Assembly: GCA_963575625.1 (NCBI GenBank) | Contig: CAUYTK010000011.1 | DNA: 24,000 nt | Reading direction: 5' to 3' (one strand) | Source: Listeria tempestatis | GTDB taxonomy: Bacteria; Bacillota; Bacilli; Lactobacillales; Listeriaceae | Shown: piece by piece, positions 1 to 8,553 of the stretch | Layout of the letters: every line of letters starts with the position of its first letter | Numbering within the stretch: the first letter of the stretch is position 1 | Program-made: the position numbers and the translations under genes | The notes under the pieces: generated by a model | The model's input: the letters and a program-made list of their open reading frames with translations, nothing else | What the model was told of the DNA's origin: nothing | Database searches by the model: none

Positions 1-636
1 ATTATAACGAATGAAGACCTAAATGAAAAAATCAATCAATCTTGGAAAAAAGGCATTTATTACATGGATGGCTCGAAGTATTCAGGGGTAGTTGGCGGTA
101 CGCTTCGAGCATCGGCTTACGTGCAATCGGTGAAGGGAACGTTAGATGAATCGGGGCTTACGGATGCAGTGATGGGATTAGGGTTGAGTGTGGCTGCGAT
201 GCGGGGGAGTGTTAGTTTTGAGAAAGCCAATGGGGCTAACCCGCCTAAAACAGAGTTTGGTGCAGAGACTCCTAAATTCGGAAAAGATTGGAATAATTAT
301 TTTAAAGATAAGTATGGTGCTGGAAATGTTCAATGGAAACCAAGCTCCTTTTATGGTATAGTAGCAAATCCAGAACGATTGTATGGAAGTACAAAAATAG
401 AAATCAAATCAATTTTAGGACCTGAGTGGACTGAGGGAGTATATGGACGGAATGGTTCAGGTTGGAAGTTCACTCATCCAAATGGTAGTGTTTTCTATCA
501 TGGTGGAGGAGGTATTCATAAAGGTTCATATTACGGATTTTCAACTGGAAAAACAAAAAAAGTAAAAATATATAAAGTTGAAGACGGATATATTCCAACT
601 CCTGATGATGGAGGAACAGTAATACAAATGGACTAA
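1..636 (+). CDS. 3' end of a large polymorphic-toxin-like protein (C-terminal effector module). The gene starts upstream of the window.
   Basis: Frame 1 has no stop from nt 1, so the ORF enters from upstream and the listed ATG at 64 is internal. Stop is TAA at 634-636. A Gly/Ala-rich linker (MGLGLSVAAMRG) precedes a ~140-aa Gly/Tyr/Lys-rich terminal module (FYHGGGGIHKGSYYGF). A small acidic ORF follows 23 nt later, which is the toxin/immunity layout. I could not recognise the toxin family by eye. Confidence 0.45.
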   Translation: MITNEDLNEKINQSWKKGIYYMDGSKYSGVVGGTLRASAYVQSVKGTLDESGLTDAVMGLGLSVAAMRGSVSFEKANGANPPKTEFGAETPKFGKDWNNYFKDKYGAGNVQWKPSSFYGIVANPERLYGSTKIEIKSILGPEWTEGVYGRNGSGWKFTHPNGSVFYHGGGGIHKGSYYGFSTGKTKKVKIYKVEDGYIPTPDDGGTVIQMD

Positions 637-659
637 ATTGGAAGAGAGGTAAGAATACT

Positions 660-1034
660 ATGTTAAGAGTTGGAGAATCATTTGGCTTGTTTCTAGAAAC
701 ATTGAAGCATTCTAATTCGGAAGTATTGAATCTATCAGATGAAATGATTGAATATTATCTGCTTGAAGAATTTGCTATAGAAGCCCCTGCTTATTTAAGT
801 GAATTTACATTAAATAGATTATTGAATGAAGGCATCATAGATGCCAATATTTTAGGAAAAGGAAAGACTTTACAAAAAATGTACCTTTCAATAGATCAAA
901 TGAAAAATTGGGATAGTTCTTCTATAGCAGAAAGTTCAGAGTGGAGAAAAATAATTGCTCTTTCAACACAGATTTTTGAGCTAGTTCATCAAAAATGGAC
1001 GGAAGAAGAGATAGAATATTTAAAAACATTATAA
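660..1034 (+). CDS. Small acidic cytoplasmic protein, candidate cognate immunity protein
   Basis: ATG at 660 lies about 10 nt after GAAGAGAGG. The 124-aa product has no signal peptide or TM segment and is Glu/Leu-rich and helical-looking. It sits immediately downstream of the toxin-like 3' end. Confidence 0.5.
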   Translation: MLRVGESFGLFLETLKHSNSEVLNLSDEMIEYYLLEEFAIEAPAYLSEFTLNRLLNEGIIDANILGKGKTLQKMYLSIDQMKNWDSSSIAESSEWRKIIALSTQIFELVHQKWTEEEIEYLKTL

Positions 1035-1208
1035 AAAGGTGCTTTACTGTCTGATAATCCTCGAATAGCAAGCCAAATCTTACTAATCAAGCTACCAGTA
1101 AATAACACGAGCAAAGTGAAATTTCCTCCTCCTTCATTTCGCAGAAAGAAGTAAAATTCTAGAAAAATCTGGTGTAAATGTAGAAATAATATTTAAGAGG
1201 TGAGTAAT

Positions 1209-1625
1209 ATGGCTGTAGGCATCAAAGTAGATTTTTTATGGTTTCCTATTGGAACAGGAGATTTCTTTCATTCATTTTTTTCAACTATATGTGTGAATTT
1301 AGAAAACATGAATTGGGGGAGCAAGTTTCCAGTCATTATGAAGGAGATGTATGCAGGTGATTGGTCAAAAGAAAAAATTAAATTTGCTCAAAAAGAATTA
1401 CAAGAAATTAAAATAGAGTTGAGTAAAATCCCTTCAAACAAGATTGTTTGGGATGTAGAGAATTTAAGTGAAACTCCGCCTTGGGGGGAGAATATCAGTA
1501 GTGATATAACTAATTTAGCTCAGTACTTTGTGACAACAAATGGGGGAAATTTAATCAATGTATTAGAAGAAGCAATGTGTGAAGCGGTTAATGAAAACGT
1601 AGGTTTAGAAGTAAAAGACTTATAA
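1209..1625 (+). CDS. Hypothetical protein, possible second (orphan) immunity-type protein
   Basis: The ORF track starts at GTG 1200. ATG 1209 fits better, 7 nt after AAGAGGTG (1194-1201). The 138-aa acidic, Trp-containing soluble protein lies in the same AT-rich patch as the toxin end. Its family is not verifiable here. Confidence 0.45.
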   Translation: MAVGIKVDFLWFPIGTGDFFHSFFSTICVNLENMNWGSKFPVIMKEMYAGDWSKEKIKFAQKELQEIKIELSKIPSNKIVWDVENLSETPPWGENISSDITNLAQYFVTTNGGNLINVLEEAMCEAVNENVGLEVKDL

Positions 1626-1950
1626 ATTAAGAAGAGACCTGAGAAAGCAGTTATTATGACAACGAAATCAAGGCCTTAGAATTCTATCTTGCTAGATTCT
1701 GAGACTGAGGAGGTAGAAAAGATTTAAAAATGCCAAAGTAAACGGCGGCGTATTATGAAGGGAAAAGCACTTTAGTCGAAGAATCACTTAAAGATGCTAG
1801 CGAATGAAAAAACATATGAAAGTTAGAGCAGAATGATAGCATCTTAGATATATTAAAAATCTAGGTTTGAGTATATAGAAAATTCATAAAATAAAAAAGA
1901 CCCTTTATCACGAGACTGCTAACCAAGTTAAAACAATCGAAGTACCTTTC

Positions 1951-1987
1951 CCCCCTACTCCGTTTCGCGGGATAGGGGGCTTTTTTA
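1951..1987 (+). terminator. Rho-independent terminator
   Basis: CCCCCTACTCCG (1951-1962) pairs with CGGGATAGGGGG (1968-1979) around a TTTCG loop, with one mismatch and one wobble. It is followed by C and TTTTTT (1981-1986). Confidence 0.6.
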
Positions 1988-2071
1988 GCAATCTTGTTAC
2001 ATGGTAAAAATAAGAAAACCAGTACCTAGCCTTACTTTATTTTTTGAATCTTTTTAACAGCAACATACACT

Positions 2072-4675
2072 TCACAAAATTTCAATATACCCTTTTGTGC
2101 CGTTTATGCGAATCATTTGGCCGTCTTTGATTTGGCTTGTTACGCCGTCTACGCCTACAACTGCCGGGAGGCCGTATTCTCGTGCAATGACGGCGCCGTG
2201 CGTCATCAAACCGCCGACTTCTGTGACCAATCCTTTAATCCCAAGAAATAAAGGCGTAAAGCTTGGGTCGGTAAAAGTGGTTACGAGAATGTCTCCCGGT
2301 TCAAGTGCGGCGTCCTCGATTTTAGTAATCACTCGGGCGCGTCCTTCGGCAACACCAGAAGAAACGGCAAGCCCTGGGATAGCGTCGTTAGGAATGTCTT
2401 CCGTTTTATACGCCCCTCTCACAATTTCCCCGTCTGAAGTCATCACTCTAGGCGGTGTTAGCGTTTGGTATAAGGCGTATTCGGCTTTTCGTTTTTGAAT
2501 CTTCTCGTAGTCGATGGTTTGCGTTTGAAATACGTCTTCTAGCTCGGAAAGCGTGAGGTAATAAATATCTTCTACTTGCTTGATAAGTCCAGCACTTTGT
2601 AAAGTTTCTGCTTCTTTTAAAAGCGCTTGCTTATACACAAAATAATGCGTAACCATAACGTATTTTGGATACTCACGGAAGCCGCTGAACATTCGAAGCG
2701 TCTCAATCACCTGACTTGTTTCTGCCACTTTCGCTTCACCATTTGGAAGTTCCAAAAGACGGTTTAATAGCTCATTACGCTTGTCTAATGCCTCATTTAA
2801 TCCAACATCAAATTTTTCTTTACGGGCACCTTGCTCGAAATTTTTAATGTTGCTTAAAATCATTGGGACAAGTATTTCTGGTTCTTCACTCCAGCGCGGT
2901 TTTGTTAAATCAATTTCGCCGACACAGCGCATACCATACGCCTCAAGGTAGTCGAGTATGGTAGCGCGCACTTCTTCTCCTCCTTTAAAACGAGGGAGGT
3001 CTTTTAAGAAATGTTTATCTTGTACCTGTGCCAAGAAGGCGATGATTTCGGGATACGGGCGGAGCGTGTCAGCAACGTCAAGCAAGGCGAGACCCATCTC
3101 GGAAGTAATGTTGTCTGGAAGTGACTGTGAGAGCACATCTGCTGCGTTTATTTCGCCCAGCCACTCCTGCATTTTCTCATTTAGCCATGCGGCAGAATCC
3201 ATGGAAGCCATGATGGCGCTAATCGTCTGTTTGCTCGACAAAAAGCCTTTTACTTCAGCAATATCATTTTGAATGAACTGAATGAGTTCGACGCCAGTTA
3301 ACGTCTTAATCTTTTGTTTCAATTCATGTAGCACATTTTCACGCTTTTTCACAATTGCAGGTACAATTTGCGGGTCGAGATTTACCGTTTCTGGCACAGA
3401 AGCTAGCTTTTTCTCTTTGTTTGCGACAATTTTTGCCTCATCAAATTCGTCTGTCAATTCGGCAAAATCATCTCGTTTTAAAATCGTAACGAGCGCATCT
3501 TTTGTTAGCGGTTCTGAGCCAAGTGTTTCTAAAATTGCATAGCGCCTTTCAGGTGGAATAAGTTGCGGCAATACGTCAACGAATAGACGTCCGCCTGCTT
3601 GAAACCGCTCGCCAAAGGACGTTGCAACATATACGGACATGCCAAGCGGTAAGAGCGGTTCGGTCATCATTTGCTGGTGCCCAACTGACAAATAAATTCG
3701 CTTGACGGCATCTTCATTTTTCGGCAGCGGGTAAAGCGTCGTAATCGGACGAGCTTGCACCACATAAAACTTGTCGTCAAATAAGCACCACTCCACATCG
3801 ACCGGATAGCCAAAACTTTGCTCAATTTTCTCACCCAAGGTAGTAAGCTCCAAAATTTGTTCATTTGAAAGCACTTGTTGGGCGCGCCACTTTTCACTAA
3901 GCGCTTGTTTTTGAACCCCATTTTCTCCCTGAGTAAAAAAAGCGACCTCTTTTTGCGCCACCAGCCGAGACGTAACCTTGCCGTTTTTTGTTTTATAAAC
4001 GTCCGCCTGAACTTGCCCAGAAACGAGGCCCTCGCCTAAGCCATAACTCGCGTCTATCGTTGTGACTAGGCGATTCCCAGAAAGCGGATCCGCTGTAAAT
4101 AGCACGCCCGCTGCCGTAGCTGGCACGAGTTTTTGAATCACGACGGCAAGTTTCGGCTCATCTAAAAATCCATTTTGCATCCTGTAAATAATGGCGCGTT
4201 CATTGTAAAGTGACGCCCAGCATTTGCGTACGTGTTCTAAAATGGCAGATTCTCCTGTGATATTCAAAAATGTATCTTGCTGCCCCGCAAATGATGCGCC
4301 CAAAAGATCTTCTGCCGTCGCGCTTGAACGCACTGCGTAGGCAAAATCAGTCCCGTAACTTCTAAGGAAGGATTTAATTTCATCCGCTACTTCATTTGGT
4401 ATCGCTTGATTTAAGATGGCCTGACGAATCAATTGGGAAGTTTCACGAATCGCTTTTTGTTGGTCGATTTTTAAGGAATTTAATTGGATGAGCGCGTCTT
4501 GTATCTCACTTGAGTTTTGCATCATTTTTTGGAAAGCCTCTGTTGTAATACAAAAACCTGCTGGGACGCGGATATTTTGAATTTTTCTAAGCTCACCTAA
4601 ATTCGCTGCTTTTCCTCCAACTAAAGGAAATTTCGTCTGATCAATCTCCTGAAAATCATAAACAAATGTACCCAT
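2072..4675 (-). CDS. rph: PEP-synthase-like three-domain phosphotransferase, rifampin phosphotransferase (RPH) family
   Basis: 867 aa. The N-terminal ATP-grasp/PPDK_N-like region includes VGGKAANLGEL and VRSSATAEDL..ASFAGQQDT. The C-terminal swivelling PEP-utilising His domain includes TEVGGLMTHGAVIAREYGLPAVVG. This size and layout match the RPH enzymes described from Listeria and Bacillus, which are usually annotated as PEP synthase. Confidence 0.7.
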   Translation of the reverse strand: MGTFVYDFQEIDQTKFPLVGGKAANLGELRKIQNIRVPAGFCITTEAFQKMMQNSSEIQDALIQLNSLKIDQQKAIRETSQLIRQAILNQAIPNEVADEIKSFLRSYGTDFAYAVRSSATAEDLLGASFAGQQDTFLNITGESAILEHVRKCWASLYNERAIIYRMQNGFLDEPKLAVVIQKLVPATAAGVLFTADPLSGNRLVTTIDASYGLGEGLVSGQVQADVYKTKNGKVTSRLVAQKEVAFFTQGENGVQKQALSEKWRAQQVLSNEQILELTTLGEKIEQSFGYPVDVEWCLFDDKFYVVQARPITTLYPLPKNEDAVKRIYLSVGHQQMMTEPLLPLGMSVYVATSFGERFQAGGRLFVDVLPQLIPPERRYAILETLGSEPLTKDALVTILKRDDFAELTDEFDEAKIVANKEKKLASVPETVNLDPQIVPAIVKKRENVLHELKQKIKTLTGVELIQFIQNDIAEVKGFLSSKQTISAIMASMDSAAWLNEKMQEWLGEINAADVLSQSLPDNITSEMGLALLDVADTLRPYPEIIAFLAQVQDKHFLKDLPRFKGGEEVRATILDYLEAYGMRCVGEIDLTKPRWSEEPEILVPMILSNIKNFEQGARKEKFDVGLNEALDKRNELLNRLLELPNGEAKVAETSQVIETLRMFSGFREYPKYVMVTHYFVYKQALLKEAETLQSAGLIKQVEDIYYLTLSELEDVFQTQTIDYEKIQKRKAEYALYQTLTPPRVMTSDGEIVRGAYKTEDIPNDAIPGLAVSSGVAEGRARVITKIEDAALEPGDILVTTFTDPSFTPLFLGIKGLVTEVGGLMTHGAVIAREYGLPAVVGVDGVTSQIKDGQMIRINGTKGYIEIL

Positions 4676-4704
4676 CTGATTTCCTCCTCTTTCAAAGTAG
4701 ATTT

Positions 4705-4713
4705 ATTATAGCA
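4705..4713 (-). promoter_or_regulatory. Candidate extended -10 promoter for the rph-like gene
   Basis: The minus strand reads TGCTATAAT about 30 nt upstream of the GAGGAGG RBS. The -35 is poor. Confidence 0.35.
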
Positions 4714-4756
4714 ATCAAAAAAGATAATAAACAGTCTATAATTCTAATTTTTTATT

Positions 4757-4765
4757 TGGTATAAT
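4757..4765 (+). promoter_or_regulatory. Candidate extended -10 promoter (TGGTATAAT)
   Basis: TGGTATAAT lies at 4757-4765, with the TATAAT hexamer at 4760-4765. It sits in the divergent intergenic region upstream of the methyltransferase gene. Confidence 0.45.
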
Positions 4766-4787
4766 ATAAGTATAGACAAGGAATACT

Positions 4788-4835
4788 CATGGTTTGCCCT
4801 AATTTGGGGTAAGTAAACCATGTTTTTGTTTTTTT
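4788..4835 (+). terminator. Terminator-like hairpin plus U-tract inside the 5' leader of the methyltransferase gene (attenuator, or 3' end of a small RNA)
   Basis: CATGGTTT (4788-4795) pairs with AAACCATG (4815-4822), with an inner GCCC/GGGG extension. It is followed by TTTTTGTTTTTTT (4823-4835) and then the AGGAGG RBS at 4836-4841. Confidence 0.55.
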
Positions 4836-4847
4836 AGGAGGTATTCT

Positions 4848-5444
4848 ATGGAAAAGAATGTTTTTCAAGAAATGGCGAGAAAATATGATTCTTCTGACCG
4901 AATTAGCCTTGCACAAGTGATTTCTACACAAATTCGTTCGGAGTTGTTAGATGCACAGGAAAAAACGTTGTTAGATTATGGCAGTGGAACGGGTCTCGTT
5001 GGTTTAGCGCTTGCGGATTTGGTAAAAGATATTTTACTCGTTGATTCTTCTCCAAACATGGTGGAAATAATTCAAGAAAAAATTGCAAAAAATTCCATTT
5101 CAAATGCTAAAGCAGAGGTTGCAGATTTAACGAAAGAACTTTTGGCAAAAAAAGTAGATATTATCGTTGTTTCATTAGTTTTACTCCACATTCCCGATAC
5201 AAAATTGATTTTGCAACAATTTTACAACAGTTTAAATGCTTCTGGACGCTTAATTATCGTCGATTTTGATAAAAACGAAGCCGTTTACCATCCAAAAGTT
5301 CATAATGGTTTCGTTGCTTCCGAGCTACGCAATTTGCTACAGGAAGTGGGTTTTTCGTCTACTGAAATTAATATTTTCCATCATGGTGAAAATGTATTTA
5401 TGAAGCAAGATGCGGATCTTTTTATGGCGGTTTGTAAGAAATAG
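4848..5444 (+). CDS. Class I SAM-dependent methyltransferase
   Basis: 198 aa. Motif I is LLDYGSGTGLVGLAL and an acidic post-I residue occurs in LLVDSS. AGGAGG lies 6 nt upstream of the ATG. Confidence 0.75.
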   Translation: MEKNVFQEMARKYDSSDRISLAQVISTQIRSELLDAQEKTLLDYGSGTGLVGLALADLVKDILLVDSSPNMVEIIQEKIAKNSISNAKAEVADLTKELLAKKVDIIVVSLVLLHIPDTKLILQQFYNSLNASGRLIIVDFDKNEAVYHPKVHNGFVASELRNLLQEVGFSSTEINIFHHGENVFMKQDADLFMAVCKK

Positions 5445-5451
5445 TCCGACT

Positions 5452-5490
5452 AAAAAAAGTGGAAATTCGAATTGAATTTCCACTTTTTTT
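5452..5490. terminator. Bidirectional rho-independent terminator between convergent genes
   Basis: GTGGAAATTC (5459-5468) pairs with GAATTTCCAC (5474-5483). It is flanked by A7 (5452-5458) and T7 (5484-5490). Confidence 0.7.
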
Positions 5491-5827
5491 ATATTTTCTT
5501 CACAAATTCAGATTTTAATTTCATGGCACCAAAGCCATCAATTTTACAGTCGATATTGTGGTCGCCTTCGACTAATCGAATGTTTTTAACTTTTGTCCCA
5601 ATTTTTAAAGCAGAGGAGCTTCCTTTTACTTTTAAATCTTTAATGACTGAAACCGTGTCGCCGTCTGTTAGCTCATTCCCGTTGGCATCACGCACAACAA
5701 GTTCTGTCTCATCTGTTGCTGTCGCTTCCGCGCTCCACTCATGACCGCATTCTGGGCAAATAAAAAGTCCACGGTCCTCGTAAGTATATTCTGATTTACA
5801 TTCTGGGCAATTTGGCAAATTTGACAT
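5489..5827 (-). CDS. phnA: PhnA/YjdM-family zinc-ribbon protein
   Basis: [31 protein letters not shown] is the classic PhnA N-terminal CxxC...CxxC zinc ribbon, followed by a C-terminal SH3-like domain. I place the start at the internal Met (5827), preceded by GGAGGAA, rather than at the track start 5869. Confidence 0.85.
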   Translation of the reverse strand: MSNLPNCPECKSEYTYEDRGLFICPECGHEWSAEATATDETELVVRDANGNELTDGDTVSVIKDLKVKGSSSALKIGTKVKNIRLVEGDHNIDCKIDGFGAMKLKSEFVKKI

Positions 5828-5905
5828 TTTAAACACATTCCTCCATTCATTTCCTTCATTATAGCCCAAATACTCACAATTTCACAATGCTTTTTTATTT
5901 TCTGC

Positions 5906-5934
5906 TTAACAAATCGCTTTTAACCCGATATAAT
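5906..5934 (+). promoter_or_regulatory. Sigma-A-type promoter for the YebC-family gene
   Basis: TTAACA (5906-5911), a 17-nt spacer, then TATAAT (5929-5934). Confidence 0.5.
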
Positions 5935-5977
5935 AAAATTAGTGTTTTTAACGTAAATATGGAAAGAGAGTGTTCTT

Positions 5978-6694
5978 ATGGGCCGTAAATGGGCAAATAT
6001 TAAAGAAAAAAAAGCTTCAAAAGATACAAATAACAGTCGAATTTATGCAAAGTTTGGGATTGAAATATATGTTGCTGCAAAACAAGGTGAACCTGATCCT
6101 CACGCCAACCAAAAGTTACGTTTTGTTATCGAGCGTGCGAAAACTTACAACGTGCCAAAACACATCATTGACCGTGCGATTGAAAAAGCAAAAGGAACAG
6201 GCGATGAAACCTATTCCGAACTAAGGTACGAAGGCTTTGGACCAAACGGATCCATGGTCATCGTGGATGCACTCACCAATAACGTCAACCGTACCGCGAG
6301 TGATGTCCGCGCGGCATACAATAAAAACGGTGGAAACATGGGTGTGAGTGGTGCTGTTGCTTACATGTTCGACAACACAGCCGTTTTCGGCGTGGCAAAC
6401 AAAGATTCTGAAGAACTACTTGAATTATTGATGGAACAAGATGTTGACGTGCGTGACATTATCGATGAAGATGGTCAAGCGATTATCTATGCAGAACCAA
6501 CTGAATTCCACAACGTACAAGAAGCGCTTAAAGCTTCTGGAATTGAAGAATTCACAGTGGCAGAAATCGAAATGCTCCCACAAAGCGAGGTCACTTTAGA
6601 AGGCGACGATTTAGAAAAATTTGAAAAACTAATTGATGCGCTAGAAGATTTGGAAGACGTACAGAAAGTGTATCATAATGTAGACTTAGATTAA
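5978..6694 (+). CDS. yebC: YebC/PmpR (TACO1) family DNA-binding regulator
   Basis: 238 aa. [16 protein letters not shown]...[26 protein letters not shown] is the hallmark N-terminus of the family. Confidence 0.9.
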   Translation: MGRKWANIKEKKASKDTNNSRIYAKFGIEIYVAAKQGEPDPHANQKLRFVIERAKTYNVPKHIIDRAIEKAKGTGDETYSELRYEGFGPNGSMVIVDALTNNVNRTASDVRAAYNKNGGNMGVSGAVAYMFDNTAVFGVANKDSEELLELLMEQDVDVRDIIDEDGQAIIYAEPTEFHNVQEALKASGIEEFTVAEIEMLPQSEVTLEGDDLEKFEKLIDALEDLEDVQKVYHNVDLD

Positions 6695-6697
6695 TAT

Positions 6698-6727
6698 AAA
6701 GCCACCCCCATTTAGAGGGGTGGCTTT
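6698..6727. terminator. Terminator hairpin between convergent genes
   Basis: AAAGCCACCCC (6698-6708) pairs with GGGGTGGCTTT (6717-6727) around an 8-nt loop. Confidence 0.6.
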
Positions 6728-6742
6728 ATGTAATTCAAAGAT

Positions 6743-7288
6743 TTACACTACAAATTCCTTATGTGCATCTAAAATGATAGATACCATACCAAGTTTATCC
6801 GGGCTATTTCGTGTATCAAAACGGAACGAGCGCCCAACCATGCCATCATCTGGATTCCAGTAGCGATAATGAAAATTCCCTTTTTCATCACAGTATTCGT
6901 AGAGTGTTACTGAAAAGCCGTTTTCCGTAAAAACAGAAGAAAATGTGCAGTAATCATACACAATTTTATGGCTTGCTGCTGGGTGATTTTTGGGACCTGG
7001 GCCACCAATTTGGACTAAATTTTGGTAAGCTTCATTCTGAAAAAAAGCATCTGGAACGGCTGCGCGAATATATCCGCCATCATTTAAATACTGATAAGCA
7101 AATTTCATCGCGCGCTTCCCTTCCTCTAATGTTAAATGCTCCAACACATGTTCCATCAATATAGCATCTATACCATGCTCAGCATGTTTCTCCCAGTCTC
7201 TCTCACTAAGCAAGTTAAAATCGGCTTCCTGTGTTACAATCCAGCCCACGTGTTTCGTCTCACCAGCACCAATTATAATCTTCGACAA
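6743..7288 (-). CDS. Small predicted SAM-dependent methyltransferase-like protein (COG4627-like)
   Basis: IIIGAGETKHVGW and ILMEHVLEHLTLEEG...LNDGGYIR resemble Methyltransf_11-type segments. The track start (GTG 7297) overlaps GAGGTG. TTG at 7288, 5 nt after GAGGTG, is the more likely start. Confidence 0.55.
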   Translation of the reverse strand: MSKIIIGAGETKHVGWIVTQEADFNLLSERDWEKHAEHGIDAILMEHVLEHLTLEEGKRAMKFAYQYLNDGGYIRAAVPDAFFQNEAYQNLVQIGGPGPKNHPAASHKIVYDYCTFSSVFTENGFSVTLYEYCDEKGNFHYRYWNPDDGMVGRSFRFDTRNSPDKLGMVSIILDAHKEFVV

Positions 7289-7432
7289 ACTAATCACCTC
7301 ATTTTATATTATGTTTTTATGATGGACTTATGCTTTTTTATTTTCCAAATCAAGTTATTCAAAAATTCAATTCTATTTTTTGTCTTCCTTTTTTTAATAC
7401 CTATAATCCCCCCTTTCTAATTTTAATAAAAT

Positions 7433-8401
7433 TCAGTTCGTTATTTGTTTCACATCATTAACAAGTTTTTTTACATCTATTATCGATTCGTTATTGTTCT
7501 TTTTAAGAATACTAGCTAATTGTTGCGTTGTAATGTTTGGATATTCTGCCTCTATTAAAGCACAAACACCTGAAATATAAGCCGTTGCAAAAGAAGCTCC
7601 ATCAACATAAATTTTTTCATTATTTGGATCTAAAGCTAGTATATTCCCTCCTGGTGCGAAAACCATATTTTCTTTTCCAAAACCAGATAATTCGGATATT
7701 TTTCCATTATTCTCGACGCCACCAACACAAATAACGTTATCTAAATTATAACAAGCCGGATATACTGGAACCTCATTCAAATTTTCAGCCTTCTTTCCAG
7801 CTGAGACAACAAAAAGGATGTCACTATGTTCTTTAATAGTTTCATATAATTCCTGATTATACTGCTCAGTATCCCAACTACAATTTATGATATCTACCCC
7901 ATTTCTTCCAGCATATTCAATAGCTTTAATTGCTTTTTTTATGCTTCCTTTTCTCCCCTCCATAAACTTTAATGGAAGTATACGTGTTTTAGGGGCGATT
8001 CCCCAAACAGGATTTTCACTTTTATGTGCGCCGACAATAATCGAACTTATCGCTGTCCCGTGATAATCCTTTGTGAAGTCAGAATATAAGTCTTTATTAC
8101 CTGAGTAAAAATTATAACCCTTATCTAAAATACTATCTGAAATTGCTGCCAATTCTACATTAATTCCTGTATCTAAAACACCTACAACAACTTCTGGACT
8201 CCCTAATGTAATATCCCATAAAAATTCTGCTTTTAAATCTACATCTTTAACACCTATCTGATTTTGTATTTTCTCCCCGATATTTTGTAATGCCCATTGT
8301 TCTCTATTTATAACTGAATCTTTAGTCGTAGCAAATAAGTTTGACACAATAAAAGTAAAAATAAACAAACTAACAACTATTATATAAGCCTTTTTCCCCA
8401 T
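7433..8401 (-). CDS. Exported or membrane-anchored S8 (subtilisin-family) serine peptidase
   Basis: 322 aa. The N-terminal hydrophobic signal/anchor is KKAYIIVVSLFIFTFIVSNLFA. The catalytic triad is in S8 order: VGVLDTGIN (Asp), YHGTAISSIIVG (His), GASFATAYISG (Ser). An oxyanion Asn is likely in IINCSW. No long I9-type propeptide is present. The gene is strongly AT-rich. Confidence 0.8.
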   Translation of the reverse strand: MGKKAYIIVVSLFIFTFIVSNLFATTKDSVINREQWALQNIGEKIQNQIGVKDVDLKAEFLWDITLGSPEVVVGVLDTGINVELAAISDSILDKGYNFYSGNKDLYSDFTKDYHGTAISSIIVGAHKSENPVWGIAPKTRILPLKFMEGRKGSIKKAIKAIEYAGRNGVDIINCSWDTEQYNQELYETIKEHSDILFVVSAGKKAENLNEVPVYPACYNLDNVICVGGVENNGKISELSGFGKENMVFAPGGNILALDPNNEKIYVDGASFATAYISGVCALIEAEYPNITTQQLASILKKNNNESIIDVKKLVNDVKQITN

Positions 8402-8503
8402 AAAACCTTCCCTTTCTGTTTAAATCGACTGATAAACTAAATCATATCATGATATAAATTAAATTTAAAGGTCTTCAATGTCACATCTTTTGGCTTAGGT
8501 CTA

Positions 8504-8532
8504 TTTACTTTTTTAAATAATTATTATATACT
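8504..8532 (+). promoter_or_regulatory. Candidate promoter for the secreted-protein/3-TM operon
   Basis: TTTACT (8504-8509), a 17-nt spacer, then TATACT (8527-8532). The AAAGGAG RBS is at 8539-8545. Confidence 0.4.
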
Positions 8533-8553
8533 GACGAAAAAGGAGATGAGGAG

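Noticed and set aside
2097-3921. ORFs 2097-2498, 2958-3272 and 3282-3542 (+ strand), and 3667-3921 (- strand, alternative frame), all inside the rph-like gene
   Set aside because: They are fully embedded in a long, motif-rich 867-aa gene. Their translations are low-complexity (Ser/Pro/Arg-rich) and they lack an RBS. These are typical shadow ORFs.
5472-5877. ORFs 5472-5744 (+) and 5668-5877 (-), and the 14-codon N-terminal extension of phnA (5828-5869)
   Set aside because: They overlap the well-recognised PhnA frame. PhnA proteins start at the MS..CP.C zinc ribbon, and a GGAGGAA RBS precedes the internal Met.
5970-6224. ORF 5970-6224 in an alternative frame of the YebC-family gene
   Set aside because: The YebC frame is unambiguous, with its hallmark N-terminus. 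The other frame is a shadow ORF.
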